From Vicugna vicugna (Eukaryota): a stretch of DNA of 64,000 nt. Each line of letters opens with the position of its first letter. Positions within the stretch are counted from its first letter, which is position 1. The DNA is taken from contig MU058463.1 of assembly GCA_013265495.1 (NCBI GenBank), positions 620,001 to 684,000 of the forward strand, given 5' to 3'. Below the pieces are notes generated by a model. That model had not been told where the DNA came from. It ran no database searches and worked only from the letters and a program-made list of their open reading frames with translations. A program made the translations under genes and the position numbers. Below are positions 1 to 15,054 of this stretch, piece by piece.

Positions 1-2472
1 GCAATTGGTAATTAAATTATTTTCTTTGATATTTGATATTTAATGTTCAAAGTTCTAGTCAGGCTTCGTGTGCTCTTGCTTAATTCTTCAAAGCCACTGG
101 ATGGCATGACTACTTTGAATCAATTTTTCTCAGAGTTCCACTTCACAAAACTCAAAACTTCTAACAAACTGACGATCACCTTCTTAAAATAAAAGCATTA
201 CAGTTTTCTGCTTGTAATTACTATAAGGTATTTTAAAAAGTATAATTCAACTTAACACTACACAATACTACATGGATACACTTTGCCATGAGAAAGTATG
301 ACCCTCTCCGTTGAGTTGAACTTTAAAAAATATCTTGAAAATTTTACTTCTTTCTTACATTCATTTTTACATTATATTAACTCTTCTATTTTATATAATT
401 ATTGCTGAACAATGCCAGTGAGTATTTTCTTATTCGTTTCCTTTCAGCTTCTATACAATATAAGGAAATTAATTTTTGTGCACTAATATTGCCATATATC
501 CCAGTGGGTTACATCATGTTTTAAAATAAATGTACCATACTTTCTAGTTGCTGAGAAGTTTCTATGAGGAGTGTTTACAGGATGAAATTAAATTTTATGC
601 ATTTTGGTCATTTTTTTTCTGTTCATTTTTCCTTCTGACTCATTTGTGGAAGCTCTGAAAAATAAAAGTTTTATTATAACTCATTTGGCACTCAAAACAT
701 GACAAGTTGTGAACTGTCCTAAGGCTGTTTGCTTGAAATGCTTAAATATCCTACTTTTTATAAGTATTCATGGATTTTAATGTAGAAATATAACTGTGTT
801 TCTTTAATACATGATACTGTGAACCTTGCTGGGGACTGTATGTATGATTTTTCTAAAGCCTACCCATCAAAACAATTTTTAAATTCTAAAGCACATTTCG
901 CTAGTATGAGTTCAGAAAAGAGAATTAAGCCTATTAGAAGTCAGAAATAAATATTAACTTTATAAAGTACTTATTGGACATTGATACAGATTTTAATTTT
1001 ATTTATTTTTTTACTTAATATGTATGTTAGTAAGTATAAAATATTTTAAAATACAAACTATTTTATTCATTACTAAAGCAAATCAAAAACTTGACTAGAA
1101 TTTTTTGAACTTTCTAATTGATGTATTTATATACAAATATATGTATATGTGTATAGGCATTTACATTTTAAACTTTTTATTGAAGTTATAGATGTAAGAA
1201 AATAGCTCATTAATTTTCACAAACAAAAAATACATTATCTTGCAACCAGATCATGAAACAGAATATTGTTATAGTACTAGTACCTCAGAAGTCCCCCTTT
1301 GGCCTCTTCTGGACAATAGTCACCCCACCAATCCTGTTGTCTAATAGCAGAGAGTGGTTTTGATAATGCTTATATTATTAAAAATGATACTATAACCTCT
1401 CCTGTCTCTTCTATCTGTGTGTATGACATTTCATGCTCTTGTGATTTATCTGTTCTCACATGTATAATGCCTCACTATGTAGTAATTCACTGTGGAACCC
1501 ACTGTGTGAAAATACAATAAATTTTATTGGAAAATATTTTGGGAGAACCTGTAAAATGATATAATGCATTCTATAAAAGATATGCATATTCTATAACTGT
1601 GAAATTCCACTGCTAATTATATACCCAATGGAAATGTACATATGTCCAACAAAGTGTATATTTTGAAATTGAACATTGTAAAATAGCTGTTAGTGTTTTT
1701 GAATACCACATAAAAATGCATTATTAAGATCTGTTTGTAGTATCTCCTTTTGTTTAGATTTAATTACTAAAATTATGCTGAGTTTATTAAATAAATTAGG
1801 GAAAACCTAAAAAATATATATTTTCAGTCTCTTTTTCTTTTGAACTAGACCAAATACCATTCTGATTTTGTGTTGCTTTAAAGTTCAATAGAGTTCATGT
1901 GTGAAAATATCTGGGACTGTTTCTTACAGAACTTTCTCAATTACTTGCATAGAAGTTTTCCTATTTTGATTTCTGCTTCTTCTAATGTTAATTTTCAGCA
2001 TTTTTTCCCCTAGAAAATCACCAAATTCATCTCTATTTTTAAATAAGAAGTATTTTCTAATAAAATATTTTGATCCTGGATATTTTAGATGTTTTCCCAT
2101 TCTCACTTAGAAATTTTTCAATTTTAGCCTTCTTTATTTTCTAATTTAAGTCAATAAATTATCTATTGTAGTGAGTTTTTTTAAGTTAATTTTTTTATTT
2201 TTTTAAAAGTAGTTCTGTATTATTTTGCTTTTATAGTAATTCTTTCCTTGGGTCTGATGTATACTTATCTCTAACATTTGCCATGTTTGGTTTTATTATT
2301 TCTCTGAGTATTGTTATTTTTCATCTCCCTCTTGTGTGCCACCATGAACCATATGTCACTATGAAAGTTCCATGAAATTGAAACTGCCAGAATTTTAAGC
2401 CAGCATATGAAGAACGTGGCACTAGAGGGTGAGCTAGATCCAAAGTCATTGTTCTAATAGTAGAGGAAAAAC

Positions 2473-2497
2473 GTGTGTGTGTGTGTGTGTGTGTGTG
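2473..2497. repeat. (GT)n microsatellite
   Basis: Uninterrupted GT run. Confidence 0.95.
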
Positions 2498-2989
2498 AAT
2501 CACTGAACCATGATATAACCTACCATGACTGGTATGCAGGCATATGATACAGACATTAATACCACTATGGCCATTTTACAATAAGGAAATTGATGGTAGA
2601 GATACTAGCTAATGTTATAAGTGTATAATGTTAGAACTTTGATTTAGACCTACCTGGCTATGTGATTCTATTTACTTTACTAAAATTCAGTTTAATTTAG
2701 AGTTCATTAAAGAGAATCAAACATAGTTAAGAAATGATTCATTTGCTCATAAAGCATGATATATAGAAATAGAAACAAGAATTTTCTATACCAATGGTCT
2801 TCAAATCTGAGTCACGAAAGATAAATGTGTGCAACTAAAAATATAAATGTAAATTAATATTTGACTAATAATTTGCAGAAGTGATCGAAGATAAATGTAG
2901 GAGTAGAGTATCACCAAATTAGATTAGACTGCAAAGTGGATTCAAATCCTGGCTCTTCTATTCATTTTTTTTTCCACTTGATAACTATT

Positions 2990-3810
2990 ATCCGGTAGCA
3001 ATTACTTGCCAGGCACTTTTATTGGCACTAGAAGTCAGAAGAAGTGACTAGCACAGAAAAATCTCCTGCTCTTTTCTTTCCAGTGGGAGGAGAGATGGAC
3101 AATGAACAAATAAATATGTAATATACCAAGTGACAGTTGGTGCCATGAAGAAAGATAAAGCAAGGTATGTGTACAAAGGTGGCAATATTCTATTTTATAT
3201 AAAGTTAGGGAAGAGACCACTCTGATAAGGACATTTGAGCAAAGACCTGAAGAAGTTTGAGAAACTAGCTATGTACATATCTGGTAGAAGAGTGTTTTAG
3301 ACAGCCACACTATGATAACTTAAGCACTGATACTCTTGACCAGACAGATGTTTTTTTGATTCTTACATTTGCTATGTTGTTTTGGCAAGGTTCATAAGTT
3401 TCTCTGCATCAGTTTCTCCAAATGGGCAGTACATCTAGTGGGTTGCTTAGAGTATTAATGGATTAATAACTTAAAGTTCAGAGTCTATCACCTACTAAGT
3501 ACTAAGATTTAATTTGTTATTGAGAGAGGAAACAGCAAGAGCCAACACCTTAAAGCAGGAATGTATTCTTCCAGTAGTGGCAGAAAACTAGTGCCAAAAA
3601 AATGGTAATGGAAAAGGGGTTGGGACTAGGGAGAGACTAGGAATGAAATCACAGTGCTTGCAGAGAAGCAGATCATCCAGAGTCTTGCAAACCAGGGGAA
3701 GGATTTGGATTTAGCTTTGAGTGTTAAGGAAAGCCATTAGGAAATTTTAAGCAGAAATGTGACATGATCTCTTCTGCTTTATGCATATGTGAATGACTTC
3801 AACTTTGTCT
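2990..3810 (-). mobile_element. LINE-2 fragments interrupted by a MIR (about 3320-3500)
   Basis: L2 motifs tacttgccaggcact...aaggacatttgagcaaagacctgaagaagt and ggatttggatttagctttgagtgttaaggaaagccatt. MIR core ttggcaaggttcataagtttctctgcatcagtttctcc. Confidence 0.6.
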
Positions 3811-4014
3811 TGAAAATGCAGTGTAGGTTCAGCATATCTAATATATGTTACCAAAAATCCATAAACTTCAGTTTCTTTATCGCTGATAGGGATGTGATAT
3901 TATTAGTGGCTCTGTGATAGGACTATTTACATGACAATATGATATTAACCATGTAAATGAGTCAAAGTGGATGTTACTAGACTTCCTGTGGTGTGGCATT
4001 ATTCATGGATCACT

Positions 4015-4397
4015 GCTTTAGCTATTGGTTGCTGAGTCCACCACAAAACCTAGTGACTTAAAACAATAATGAATTATTATCTAAACTCAAATGGGAAGTT
4101 ATGTTGTTTTTGCCTGGGGTCTTTCATGCAGTTGTAACCAGACGGTGACTGGGATCTCCAAGAAGATTTTACTTATTTGCTTGGCTCCAATGCAGAATTG
4201 AGCAGCTCAAGGTAGGAAAGCAGAAGCTGCCTGCCAGTGCCTCCTTAAGATTTAGTCCCAAAGTTGACACTGTATAGTCTCTGTGGTTTACAGTGAGTCT
4301 CAAGGCCAGATCAACTTCATTGTGGCAAGAGACCACAGAAGGTGAATACTAGGAGATGTTGTCCATTAGGGGACATTTTGGTACAAGAGCTACCACA
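4015..4397 (-). mobile_element. MaLR-type LTR fragment
   Basis: caccacaaaacctagtgacttaaaacaataatgaattatt; ends ...gagctaccaca. Confidence 0.65.
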
Positions 4398-6056
4398 GTC
4401 ACCATGTACCCCATCATCTCTTTTTCATCCAAGCAAATCCAGAACCTCAGTGTTTCACCAACCCTCGAATTATAGAACACTGGGGAGGAGAGTGAATGCC
4501 CATGAGTAGTTTATCATATTTTAATTTATGTTTGCATAAAAGAATGTGGAGGACACATTCTTTGATGATTAGATAAACTCAGAAGAACAAAATATATGTC
4601 AAAAAGCTGTTTGGTAAATGTATGGAAAATTATTACAAATGGATCAGAGAAATAACAATAAAATCAAAATAATTTTAAAATACAAATACTTATATTTGGT
4701 TCTCCTATTCCACTCTTTCAAAATGCATGTACATTATGCACCTGTCAGCATCAGTCTGCATGCTAAAGACCATCTGCTTAAAATCATCTTTTACTACAAC
4801 TAAAATACAGTCAAAATTGAGAAGAGCAATGTGGTTATTCTCTTTTATGCTGTGTATTAGTTGCATAAAATTTTAAAGTCAATATGTCTTTTTTTAATCT
4901 GTCAAAATTATTCACCCATGCACAGAGACATAATCTAATTTTAATTTTTCAAGATGCTAACTTTTATTCTCAAGCATAAAATGGTGTCCTGGTTTCCTAA
5001 AAGAACTTTTTTCACCTTTTATGGATATTGAAATAGTCTTGCAAGAAAGTTCATGAGCCCAGCTTGCCAAATTATTATATCAAATAATAATAACGAACCT
5101 TTTTATGATCACCCACAGTGAGCTACCTGTACCTAAGAACAGCTACCCAAATGTATTATTTTCCTGGTGAGCTCAAATAAAAGAAAACTAATATCTGCAA
5201 TTCCTCATCAGGAGACCACTGCTGACTAATCTGATAAAGGAAGGAAGTCTGCAGAGGAATGCTGATTGAAAAGGGAAAGTACTCAGTAGGATGGACTATT
5301 TTCTTTAAATGTCAGGAGAGGGACATTTATGTTTCTTGTGGACCAATATGAGAGAGTGGGAGCAAATGGTGACTAATCTAAACATTCTATTTTTACCACA
5401 AAAATTAGAGGTTTGCTTGTTGACCTATTTTAGTAAAGTCATTTTGTTCCGAATGTTAAAATGCTGATATCTGAATGTTAAGGTGGCTTACAGTTGTTCT
5501 AATACATTAGTAATATCAGTAAGAACTTTCAGTTTATTCATGGCATAACTTACAATGGAAAAATAAGTTTTAACCCATATAACACTTTAACCCATCTCCT
5601 GATTACTGGAAATCCCCATTGCAATAACTGATCATTGTAAAAGTTAAATAGTTTCCTCTTTTCTACTTTAAAACTATCATCCCACAATGCCATGCCTCTG
5701 AGCTTCATACACATTTGGGCTTGAAATCTCCCTGTTTATGAGTTTGTTTCTTACTCAATAAAATAGTCATATAGAGTAAAATTCTCTGAATTTTCTTTTG
5801 AATTTATCTGTCTAGATCTAGACAGAAAGATACAGAATTGCCTTAAGTTTGGAAAGTTAGAAAGATGTCCTGCTGGCAATGTTAGATAGGTAGATACATG
5901 ATAAATGACACAATGGAATAAACTGGAGCAAGAATATTGTCTAAGATAAAGAAATAAATATTTCCCATTTTAATTTATATATATATAAATTTATATATAA
6001 ATATATATATATATTCTCTAATCAAAAAGTTGACATAATCAAGAGCAAAAGCTATT

Positions 6057-6555
6057 GTATTAGTTTCCTATTTCTGCTGTAACAAATTACAACAAATGTA
6101 TGGCTTTAAACAACACAATTTTACGTTACCTTTATAGAGATCAAAAGTCTGCAGTGGGTCTTGACTGGATTAAATCAGTGTTGGCAGGTGTGCATTCTTT
6201 TCTGGGGGTTCTAGGAGAGAACCCATCTGTTTGCCTTTTCCAGTTTCAAGGCTGCCCACATTTCTTGGACCATAGCCCCCTGTGCTCCTTTGAAATCAGA
6301 GAATACATTACTCTGACCTCTGCTTCCATCACTTCTCCTCTAACTCTGACTGTTTCCTCCCTCTTTCACTTATAGGACCTAATGATTATAGTTGTTACTA
6401 TAGATTATAGTAGCTACTATAGATTATAGTAATCCAGTCCAACTACCCATCTCAGCTAATTAGCAATATCAGTTCCACTTACAAACTTAGGATACCTTGA
6501 CCATGTAAGACAAAAAATTCACAAATCTGGGGTTTAGGTCATCTTTCGTGGTAGT
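6057..6555 (-). mobile_element. MaLR LTR (MLT1A-D-like)
   Basis: Begins tgtattagtttcctatttctgctgtaacaaattacaacaaatgtatggctttaaacaacaca, the typical reverse-complemented MLT1 3' end. Confidence 0.85.
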
Positions 6556-6579
6556 GGATGATTTATGAAAGAAGAGAGT

Positions 6580-7700
6580 TTCAGGAAGAGGAAACAGCCG
6601 CACAAGAGCAAGCATAGAAAGTAAAAAGAACAGAGAAAAGCCTGGTGTCATGAACCAGAGTAAAATTCAGAGTGTGAAAGAGTGTGAGACCAGGAAGGTA
6701 AAGGAGGAGGGCAAGATGCAATGGAGACAGGCAAGACATTGTTAAGACTCTTGGTTCTAAGTGAAATGCAGAGCCACTGCAGGGTGAATAAAGAAATGAC
6801 ATTTTCTGAATTTAGCTTTAGAATTATTCTGGCTGTTATATTTACAACAGGATAGAAGGTTAAAGGTAGAAACAGGGAAATCAATTAGGAAGCACTTAAC
6901 AGAATCTAGTCCAGAAATAATCAGGACAGTAGCCATAGAAATAGTGAGAAGTTGTTCAGATCAGGATAACTTTTAAGGAAGAATGGAAAATTTCCTGAAA
7001 TAGTACATGTGACTTGAGAGAGAAAGGATTCAAGAACAGCCACTATATTTTTAATCTGCATAATTGAAAAGATACAGTCACTATTGACTGAAAGGGAAAT
7101 ACATGAGGAAGGCAGGTTTGGGAAGGAAAAGAATGTGTTTGGTTTTTTTTGTTTGTTTTGGGTTTTTTTTTTGTATACACAGTTTGAGATATATCAGGGT
7201 TAACATAGGCAAAGTCTAAAGTTTAAGTGAAAAAGTGATATAAATTTGAGTCTATCATCATGTAAGTAGACTACAGTATACTGATACTGATTGAAATCTT
7301 GGGGAGATAGAGAACAGACACAGTAAGAAGTGTTAAAGGACTGAGATTGGGGGCATTCCAGGCCATACAAGTCAGGAAGAAGAGGATAAAACTACAACAG
7401 TAAAGAACAAGAAGGACTGCCTGTGGTGCAGGAAAAACTCAACTATTTTGTATTGGCAGCAAACAGCCAGAGAGATGGGGAAGTCAACTGTATGAAAGAC
7501 TGCTGACAAGGGATGACTGGACTTACCAAGTAATTGTTGATGTTGACCTTGACAAAAGTATTGTCAGTAGAGACAAATGGCTGATTACAGTGGGTTTATG
7601 GCAGAAAAAAAAATGTGAAGAATGGAGAAACTAGTAGAGAGGAATCTTTGGAGAAATTTGCTAAAAAGATATAAAAGAAAACGTGGTTATAAAAAAGAGA
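6580..7700 (-). mobile_element. LINE-2 fragment
   Basis: Purine-rich decayed L2 motifs: gagccactgcagggtgaataaagaaatgacatt.tctgaatttagctttagaattattctggctg and gtgagaagttgttcagatcaggata. Confidence 0.65.
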
Positions 7701-10700
7701 AACAGCATCAAAGGAACAGGTAAAAGTAACAGAGTTAAAGCAAATTGATGTGCTGATGGGAACAACTTAGTGTGTTTGTTCTAAGTTATGTCAGCTAAGT
7801 TCTTCTGCAATAACTTGTGCAAAATTTTGTTCTGTTTTGTTTTTTCATATACCAACAAGGTAGAATAAAAAAATAATATAATAAATTGGCTTATCACCCT
7901 TAAACATGTATAGGTCAAATATTTACTAAAGTGTTTTCTAAAGTATAGATGATATATTTTTAAATCAATACTATCTATTACTGAGCTTGCATTCTTTATT
8001 TTTAATTAAAAATCTAGTTTGGGAAAGTGAATTTGAGTCTAAAATCTTACATTAAATTATTTTTAACTTTAAAAAGTTATTTAATTTCATAGCTTAAATT
8101 CTTCATCTTCCAAATAAGAATGATAATACCTATCCCATACATATTACTGTTTTTTTAAAGGAAAAATGATATAAAAGATATGAGTTCTTTGGAAACTAAA
8201 AGCAAGGTACAGATAATATGTATTCAAGAGGTATATTCTTTTCATATTTGTCCAATGATTAATCTACAGGTTAAATTAAAGTTAAGAAAAAAATTTTAAA
8301 TACTCATAAACAAGAAAAATACGTGGATAAGTATATTTCAGTGCCATACATGTTTTATACAAAGTAAATTTGGCCGAGCTGTGAAGACATGTCAATATTT
8401 TTCCCCTTGTTAAACACAGACACTTGACAAATGACAGACTACTTTTTTCCAACTTTCCAACATCCTCCAAATTTCTACTGAATCAGGATCCTAAATAAGC
8501 TATGTCAAAGTAAATTTATCTGATAAATATCCATAACCATATAGTAATTTATTGCTTGTTGTAAATAAAAATTTCTGTCTTAGAAAGTCTGTATTAAATG
8601 CATATGAGAAAAAAATGTATATATTTGTGTTTTGTTTCTATTCAGCAGTACTAGTCCTTGTGCTAGAAGGATTTCTTCAAGTGTTAGCCAGAAGCAAGAA
8701 CAGCCTCTGAACTCAAAAGGGGCACTCTTGCTCAATTTTTTTCTTGTCCTAAATGTTGCGTACCCCTCACTGCAGCTCTAAGCCTAATTGTTAAGCCAGA
8801 GAAAATTTCCCCAAGGTAGAGGAGAGAGATCTATATGAATCCATAGAATCAAAGACCCAATTTAATCTAGCTAAGCTCACAGAGTTTGTGATACAGTTGT
8901 TACGCTCATGGGTTTCTCTCATGCATAAGCACACAGAAACATTCCCTTCAGAATGTACATAAGCCCATCTGTGCCCAAAATGGGTGAAGTCTTCTCAAAG
9001 ACTTTCTCTATTTCATACAGATTTATTTTTCTGTCTTAACAGCTCTCGCTAGAAATAAGCTCCATGAGGAAAGCAATTTTTACCTTTTTTTTTCACTGCT
9101 GTCACTCCAGATCTTAGAATAGTGCTTGATGCATAATAATTTCTCAGCAGTTATTAATGAATGGACTGATAAATACATTTCTCAAAATCAAACTTAACAT
9201 AATGCATTATTGGGGCATAGAAAGAATATAGAAGGAGACAATTCTATCAGCTGAGAACCAGAAAGTGTTTCAGAAAGCAGTTATTAGAACCTAGTTGGTC
9301 CCTTAATACATATTTAATACTCATGTTTACTATTTTCAATTAACTTATATGCCTTTATTTCACTCTTAACTGTTGAGAACTTTCTTGTGTTTGAATTTCT
9401 CAAGCATATGATACCTCATAAATATTGACTACTCAAGTATATCCTGTACTAGAGAATGTCACCAATTCTCTGTTATTCAAAGTGCAAACTGAAAATTCTA
9501 TTTCAGACCTACACCTTCCCAATTCTACTTCATATAAACTGCCCACTCATGCTTTCTGTAGCTGGATTCTTGTTAAATACACTGTCAATCCAGGAGCCCC
9601 AATCCTTAGGCTGAGGGCCTCTGACCCCTTAATTGAACCTGGTCTTAATTCACAAAAAACTTCACTCACTGTTGATAGCACTGCTCTGTGTGTGGAGTGT
9701 CGGGGTGGATGTTCACTTGTTAAGCCCTATGAAATTCTAATTTGAGGAATTCTGTTTGATATTTGGGATATACTTCATAGAAGGGTAACCTTCACTAAGT
9801 CTATGTTCAGCACTGTCATTTTACCTACAAATTTAGCCTTTAAAAGAAGTATTTTAAAATACCTCTCTATAAGGCCCACTTATGTTATACAAATATGTGC
9901 AATTATTGTTTATACTCATTCTAAATGCTATTTATTTATAGACCATATAGATTTGAAAAATATAGGGAACACTAATCTACCCACTAGCCTAATTGCTGTG
10001 AGGACTATATGAATATATCTAAAATGATTTATACCTTTGTGGGTTTTTACTGAATAGTTTCTACTTGTATGCCATGTCCTTCCACTCAAGAAGGTAAAAA
10101 GATGGAAAACGGAGTATAAATCCAAAACAATTGCATACAAACAACACATATAGTAGCACACACACATTTCTTTGTAGCCAATTTATCTGTCATTGTAGAG
10201 GTTAATTCTTAATGTTTTATCCTGTAGTCACTTTTAAAATTCTTTTTTCAAAAGAAGACACAAAGCCATTAAGAAATCAAAATTCATTATATATTCTTCA
10301 GATTTCAGTTAATAATCCACTCTAATATGCATTGGGTTGTCATTTCTAATCTGAACCTCTTCAAGTGTGGAGAAATAAAAAATTATTGGAAGTGAAATAT
10401 TGCAAAATGTAATTTCAGCTGGTATTTAGTTCTTTCCTTTTGAATGGATTTTGAAATGAGTCTGAGTTATATACAATATTATATAACTAATAAGTGATAA
10501 ATGGATTTTAAAAATAAAGCAAGTATAATGTTTTTAAACAAAAGTGAATAATTTCAGAGAAAGTACTATTTATTTTAACTTGCAAAACATAATTGATATT
10601 TCAGTCATCTGTGTTTAAAGCAAGTGAACAAAAGTAGAATTATGTTTAACAAGTAAACTAGGTCTTGTCTACATAGCCATGAATTTATGTCTATGATAGT

Positions 10701-13700
10701 CCTGAAGTAGTTTGCCAAGGGGAAAAATAAATGATGAAGACTTGACTTTACTGGTCCTTGCCTTTATTATAGATAAGAGGACATTCTGCCTGTTGAGATT
10801 CAAATGATTTGAACTAACATCTTCCTTCATCCTCTGCCATGTTTCAACTTTCCAGCTCCCAGTACCAACTAAATTCCTGTCCCAGAACTTTAATATACCA
10901 GAAAAAAAATCTTATATGGAGTCAACTTTTATTGAACTCTAAACTCATAGCTTTTTTATTGTTTGTTTGCTTACTTACATTTGCATGTGCTCCATGGATA
11001 TACCAACAAATGAAGAACATTCTACAAATAATTGGAATTTAGTGGACAAACAAACCAAAAATTTCATGCTTTTCCAAAATCTGAACTCTCCAAATCAAAA
11101 TGGATAATAATAGCTCTAAAGACATTCAATGAAAATAAGTGGGAGAGAATAAGAGAGAAAACACTTGTTTAAATAGAAGTAAAAATACAGTGAAGTTGAT
11201 TATTTTTAACTTGATTAAGAATAAAACTTTTCTTTTCAGAATGGTATTCCATATTTAGTGCATAATATTAGGATATATTTCAACTCTAATAGAATTCTAC
11301 ACTAGTACTTTTTATAGTATTTTGTGTTGACTCATGATCCCATTGATAATATTATTTTCCTTCAAATTACTAGTCTGATTTGCTAAAGGAATCTTAAATG
11401 TTATTTTGGGTTAATTAATTAAATTATAATAAGAAAAAAGTTTAAAGACCCCTGTGAATAACCAACCATGTTTTCAAATTATAACCTTAATTAAAATGTT
11501 ATGGTCTAATAATTACAAATTCATTAGTTAAGTCCCCCATAGTGTTCTATAATTGTTTTGAAGTTATCATATTTATTTAGGTAACTTATATCCCCCCCTC
11601 TTTTCTTTCATTTAATGTAGAAAAATAAAAGCAGCATGTTTCCATTGGATCACCACTATGCTGGCATAAAGGTCACGCACTATTATTTTTTTCTCTGTTA
11701 CAAACAAAAACACTTCAGCAACAGAATCACTCTAAGTAATTTTAAAATATCAACAAATTATTTGGATAACGTCATTCAAAACATTGAATTACTGAGTAGT
11801 GAGGCAGGTGTCTGGAAAGGAGATCTAGATGAGAACTGGTAAATCAGTGAAATGTTTTACTGCCAGTTGATTTAATCTGCTCTTCCTTTCACTCTGTCTC
11901 TGTCTCTCTAGCTAATAATCTCTATCTATCTCTTAACTTCTTGGTTTGAGTTACAGTAAATACTAGTGCTTACCTCTAAATTAGTTCAACAGGAAAAAGT
12001 TAATTTATTCAATTAAATACTTGGGCACTAGATAAAGCTTCAAATATCCCATTCATCCTATAGTCAGTGAACTGTATCTGCTGGAGTTGGTTGACTCTTT
12101 AACTTTTAAAACAAATAGGCACTTAAACCACAATCTAAGAATTTGAATGGAAAAAAAAATACATAATAAAGTCATCATCTTTCAGTTACTTCACAGATTA
12201 TCTTAGACTTGGGAAGAAAAGCCTAATCTTGAAGTCTATAGACTTTGAAAGTCAGTTTTAGCCCTTTGACTTACTATCTATGGGCACTGCCTAAGATATT
12301 TAAACTCTCTGAGACATGTTTCTTTTTGTCTTATAATGCAAATTTGTTAACTGGTAAGCTTCTAGTTCAACCAATAAGAGGTAGAAAACACAATTTTCAA
12401 TATGTGGGGGGTGGGATAGAGGAGTTGATGTGTTGTATTTGGAATTGTTTTATTCAAAGTTCTCCTAAGGTATCCAGTTGGCTGTTGGGAACAATTAAAT
12501 AAAGTGGATTACATTTAGAATTAATAGACAAGGTGACATTTAAACTGTGAGTGAATAACGTTTTCCATACCAGGAGTTCTAAATCAGTGTTATACTTCTG
12601 TATAACTTAAATGAAAATAAAAATATTTGAGCCACACTCCAGAACAATTAAATAAGGATTCCTAAAATAGTATATATTTGGAATAAATAAAATAAATTAA
12701 ATAAATAAAATCAGCAAAGCTTATTTTTGGATCTTGTAGATAGCTGCAGATATTTGATGCATTAAAAAATGCTGCCCATTTTTGTTTTGTAAACAAGTAG
12801 ATAGTGGAACCATTTATTGAGATAAGGAGAGAGTCCCAGGCAAAACAATTATATAAATATATAAACCAACTCTTTATATAAACATACAGCTGAAGCAATC
12901 AAAAGATTTTTAAAGAGAAGAGAATTGACCATATAAACATAACTGCAACTATTCTAAGTAATTCTCCTGTTTCCTGTAGGAAAAGAATAAAAACCCTGAA
13001 GATATTCCATGGAAAAAGTATGGAATGAAAGTGAGGGTAAACTTTAAGAGTCCTCAAAAGCACACTCAGTGTGGCTGCACTTAATTACTTCTGTCCTGTG
13101 TTTGAGCTAACATAATTTGCACTTATATGCAAAGTCTTTTAAAAAATTGACTCAATCTATATGTTGCAAGAGCTGAAAGGATATCATTAGACATTAAAGT
13201 CCGATGTTTTGATCTTCATGGGTCCCTATGCAAAGAATTAAAATAAAACAGTTGAATCTTAATAGACTATTAAAATTTTTTAAAATGAGGCATGACATTT
13301 TCTGAATTAATTTATGGACTTTTTTGACTAAGAATCTGGAAAACATCCCAGCCATGCTAGATATAGAAAGTAAGGATGGCCCACTGCATGAAGACAATGA
13401 ATGAGAAAGTCCAAATAACTGTTCTGTGGCAAAATATGAAATATGTAGGAAAATGACTCTTTATATCACTGAACAAGAAATAAATAAGAGTGACACTGAC
13501 ACCAAATATACAGAACTTGAAATCCAGAAAAGTAAGCATCTCAGAAGCTGCCAGTTGTCTTGTGGATAACTGAAAATCTCTGAAATCTACAGTTATTTTC
13601 AATTTGCAGGATGCAGGGCCCTTCCCATGTGGAGATAATGACAAGAGATGAAACCATAAAGCTGCAAAATCCAAAACCTAAATCCTTAGTTAAAACATAA

Positions 13701-15054
13701 ACTAGAATAAAGCTGAACCTACAGGGAGATACCACAAGAAATCACCTGTCTCAAACAGCAAGTAGTTGGAAAGTAGGGGAAAGCAAAACAAAACTTAAAA
13801 AACTTACAGCTGCACACATGTGAGTTTGCTATCCAAATATAAAATAACCAGAGATCCAACAATCCTGGAGGAAAGGAGTTATTACAAAACATTCCTTGAT
13901 TGTTAGTAAGCCAGGTACCTAGTAAAGCAAACAAAGTTCTCTTTAGAGGACTTCTTTTTTCCAAGAATTGCCACAGATAAAGTTTGATCACACATGATCA
14001 CACAATAAACATCTCAAAATGTATGGGGAAACAAGTGTCCACAGTGGAGTGCTGGAAGAAACGATAATCAGAAAAAAAAAAGTTATGGAATCATCAGATA
14101 CACAATAAAATACACAAGCAAGCATATACACACAGTTGAGAAACTCTTCCATCTGCATGCAGAGATAAGTAACCCGGAGAAAAGTATTAATAGCAGCTAA
14201 AGTATAATGGGAAATATGGCTCAGAGTATAGTAATGATTTGCAATAGGACTGTCTCCTCATATCAATGACAATCATGTATCTTTCCTCACCCAATCCTCT
14301 CATCCCTTCTTATTACACCCCGTCCTCACCATGCTCTCAGGAGAGCATTGATGTAAGGCAGCCTTGGAAATTATGCATACTGTGTCAAAAATTTTACTTC
14401 ATAGTTCTTCAGATACTGTAAGAATAAAGCATTTGTTTCTTACAGGCTAATGACTGAGCATTTAATTCAGGAAAACAAATGGTCAGACTATTAGGGTCAA
14501 AGTATTTTAATTTATGTATGATAATGTTTTAAGGGGGCTGGCTTTGTGCAGTATTATCATAAGTATTATCAGATGATCTATGTTATATCATCGCTGCTTG
14601 TCTTCAGAAAGAGGAGTCTAAACTAAGCTATAGTCAAGGGTGGGTACGTAGGAAGGTCGTCTGATGTATGGCCTGGTGTGTCATCTCCATGAGTAAATTC
14701 TAGAAATACTCCTCAGGAAAATGGTCTTAGATCTAAACAAAAATGATTACAAAATCATATGTATTTGAGCACGTTAAAGGGTTAACTACTCCATTAATGA
14801 GACCTCTTTAATTTTTAAAATTAAACCAGAAATATGCATTTGATGATCTCTTTCTCCTAAATGTTAGTAGCAAAATTTTAGGTTACTTCCAAGTGGTTGG
14901 TTTTTAAAAATCAAATTTTGTATTTATGTTTCCATTTTTAATTTTAATGTATTTTGATTAGAGATAATTATCAGAGATTATTAAATTTATCTTTGAGGAG
15001 TCTGCTATTTTATTTTTATGATATATATAATAGTAATTATAATAAATATATACA

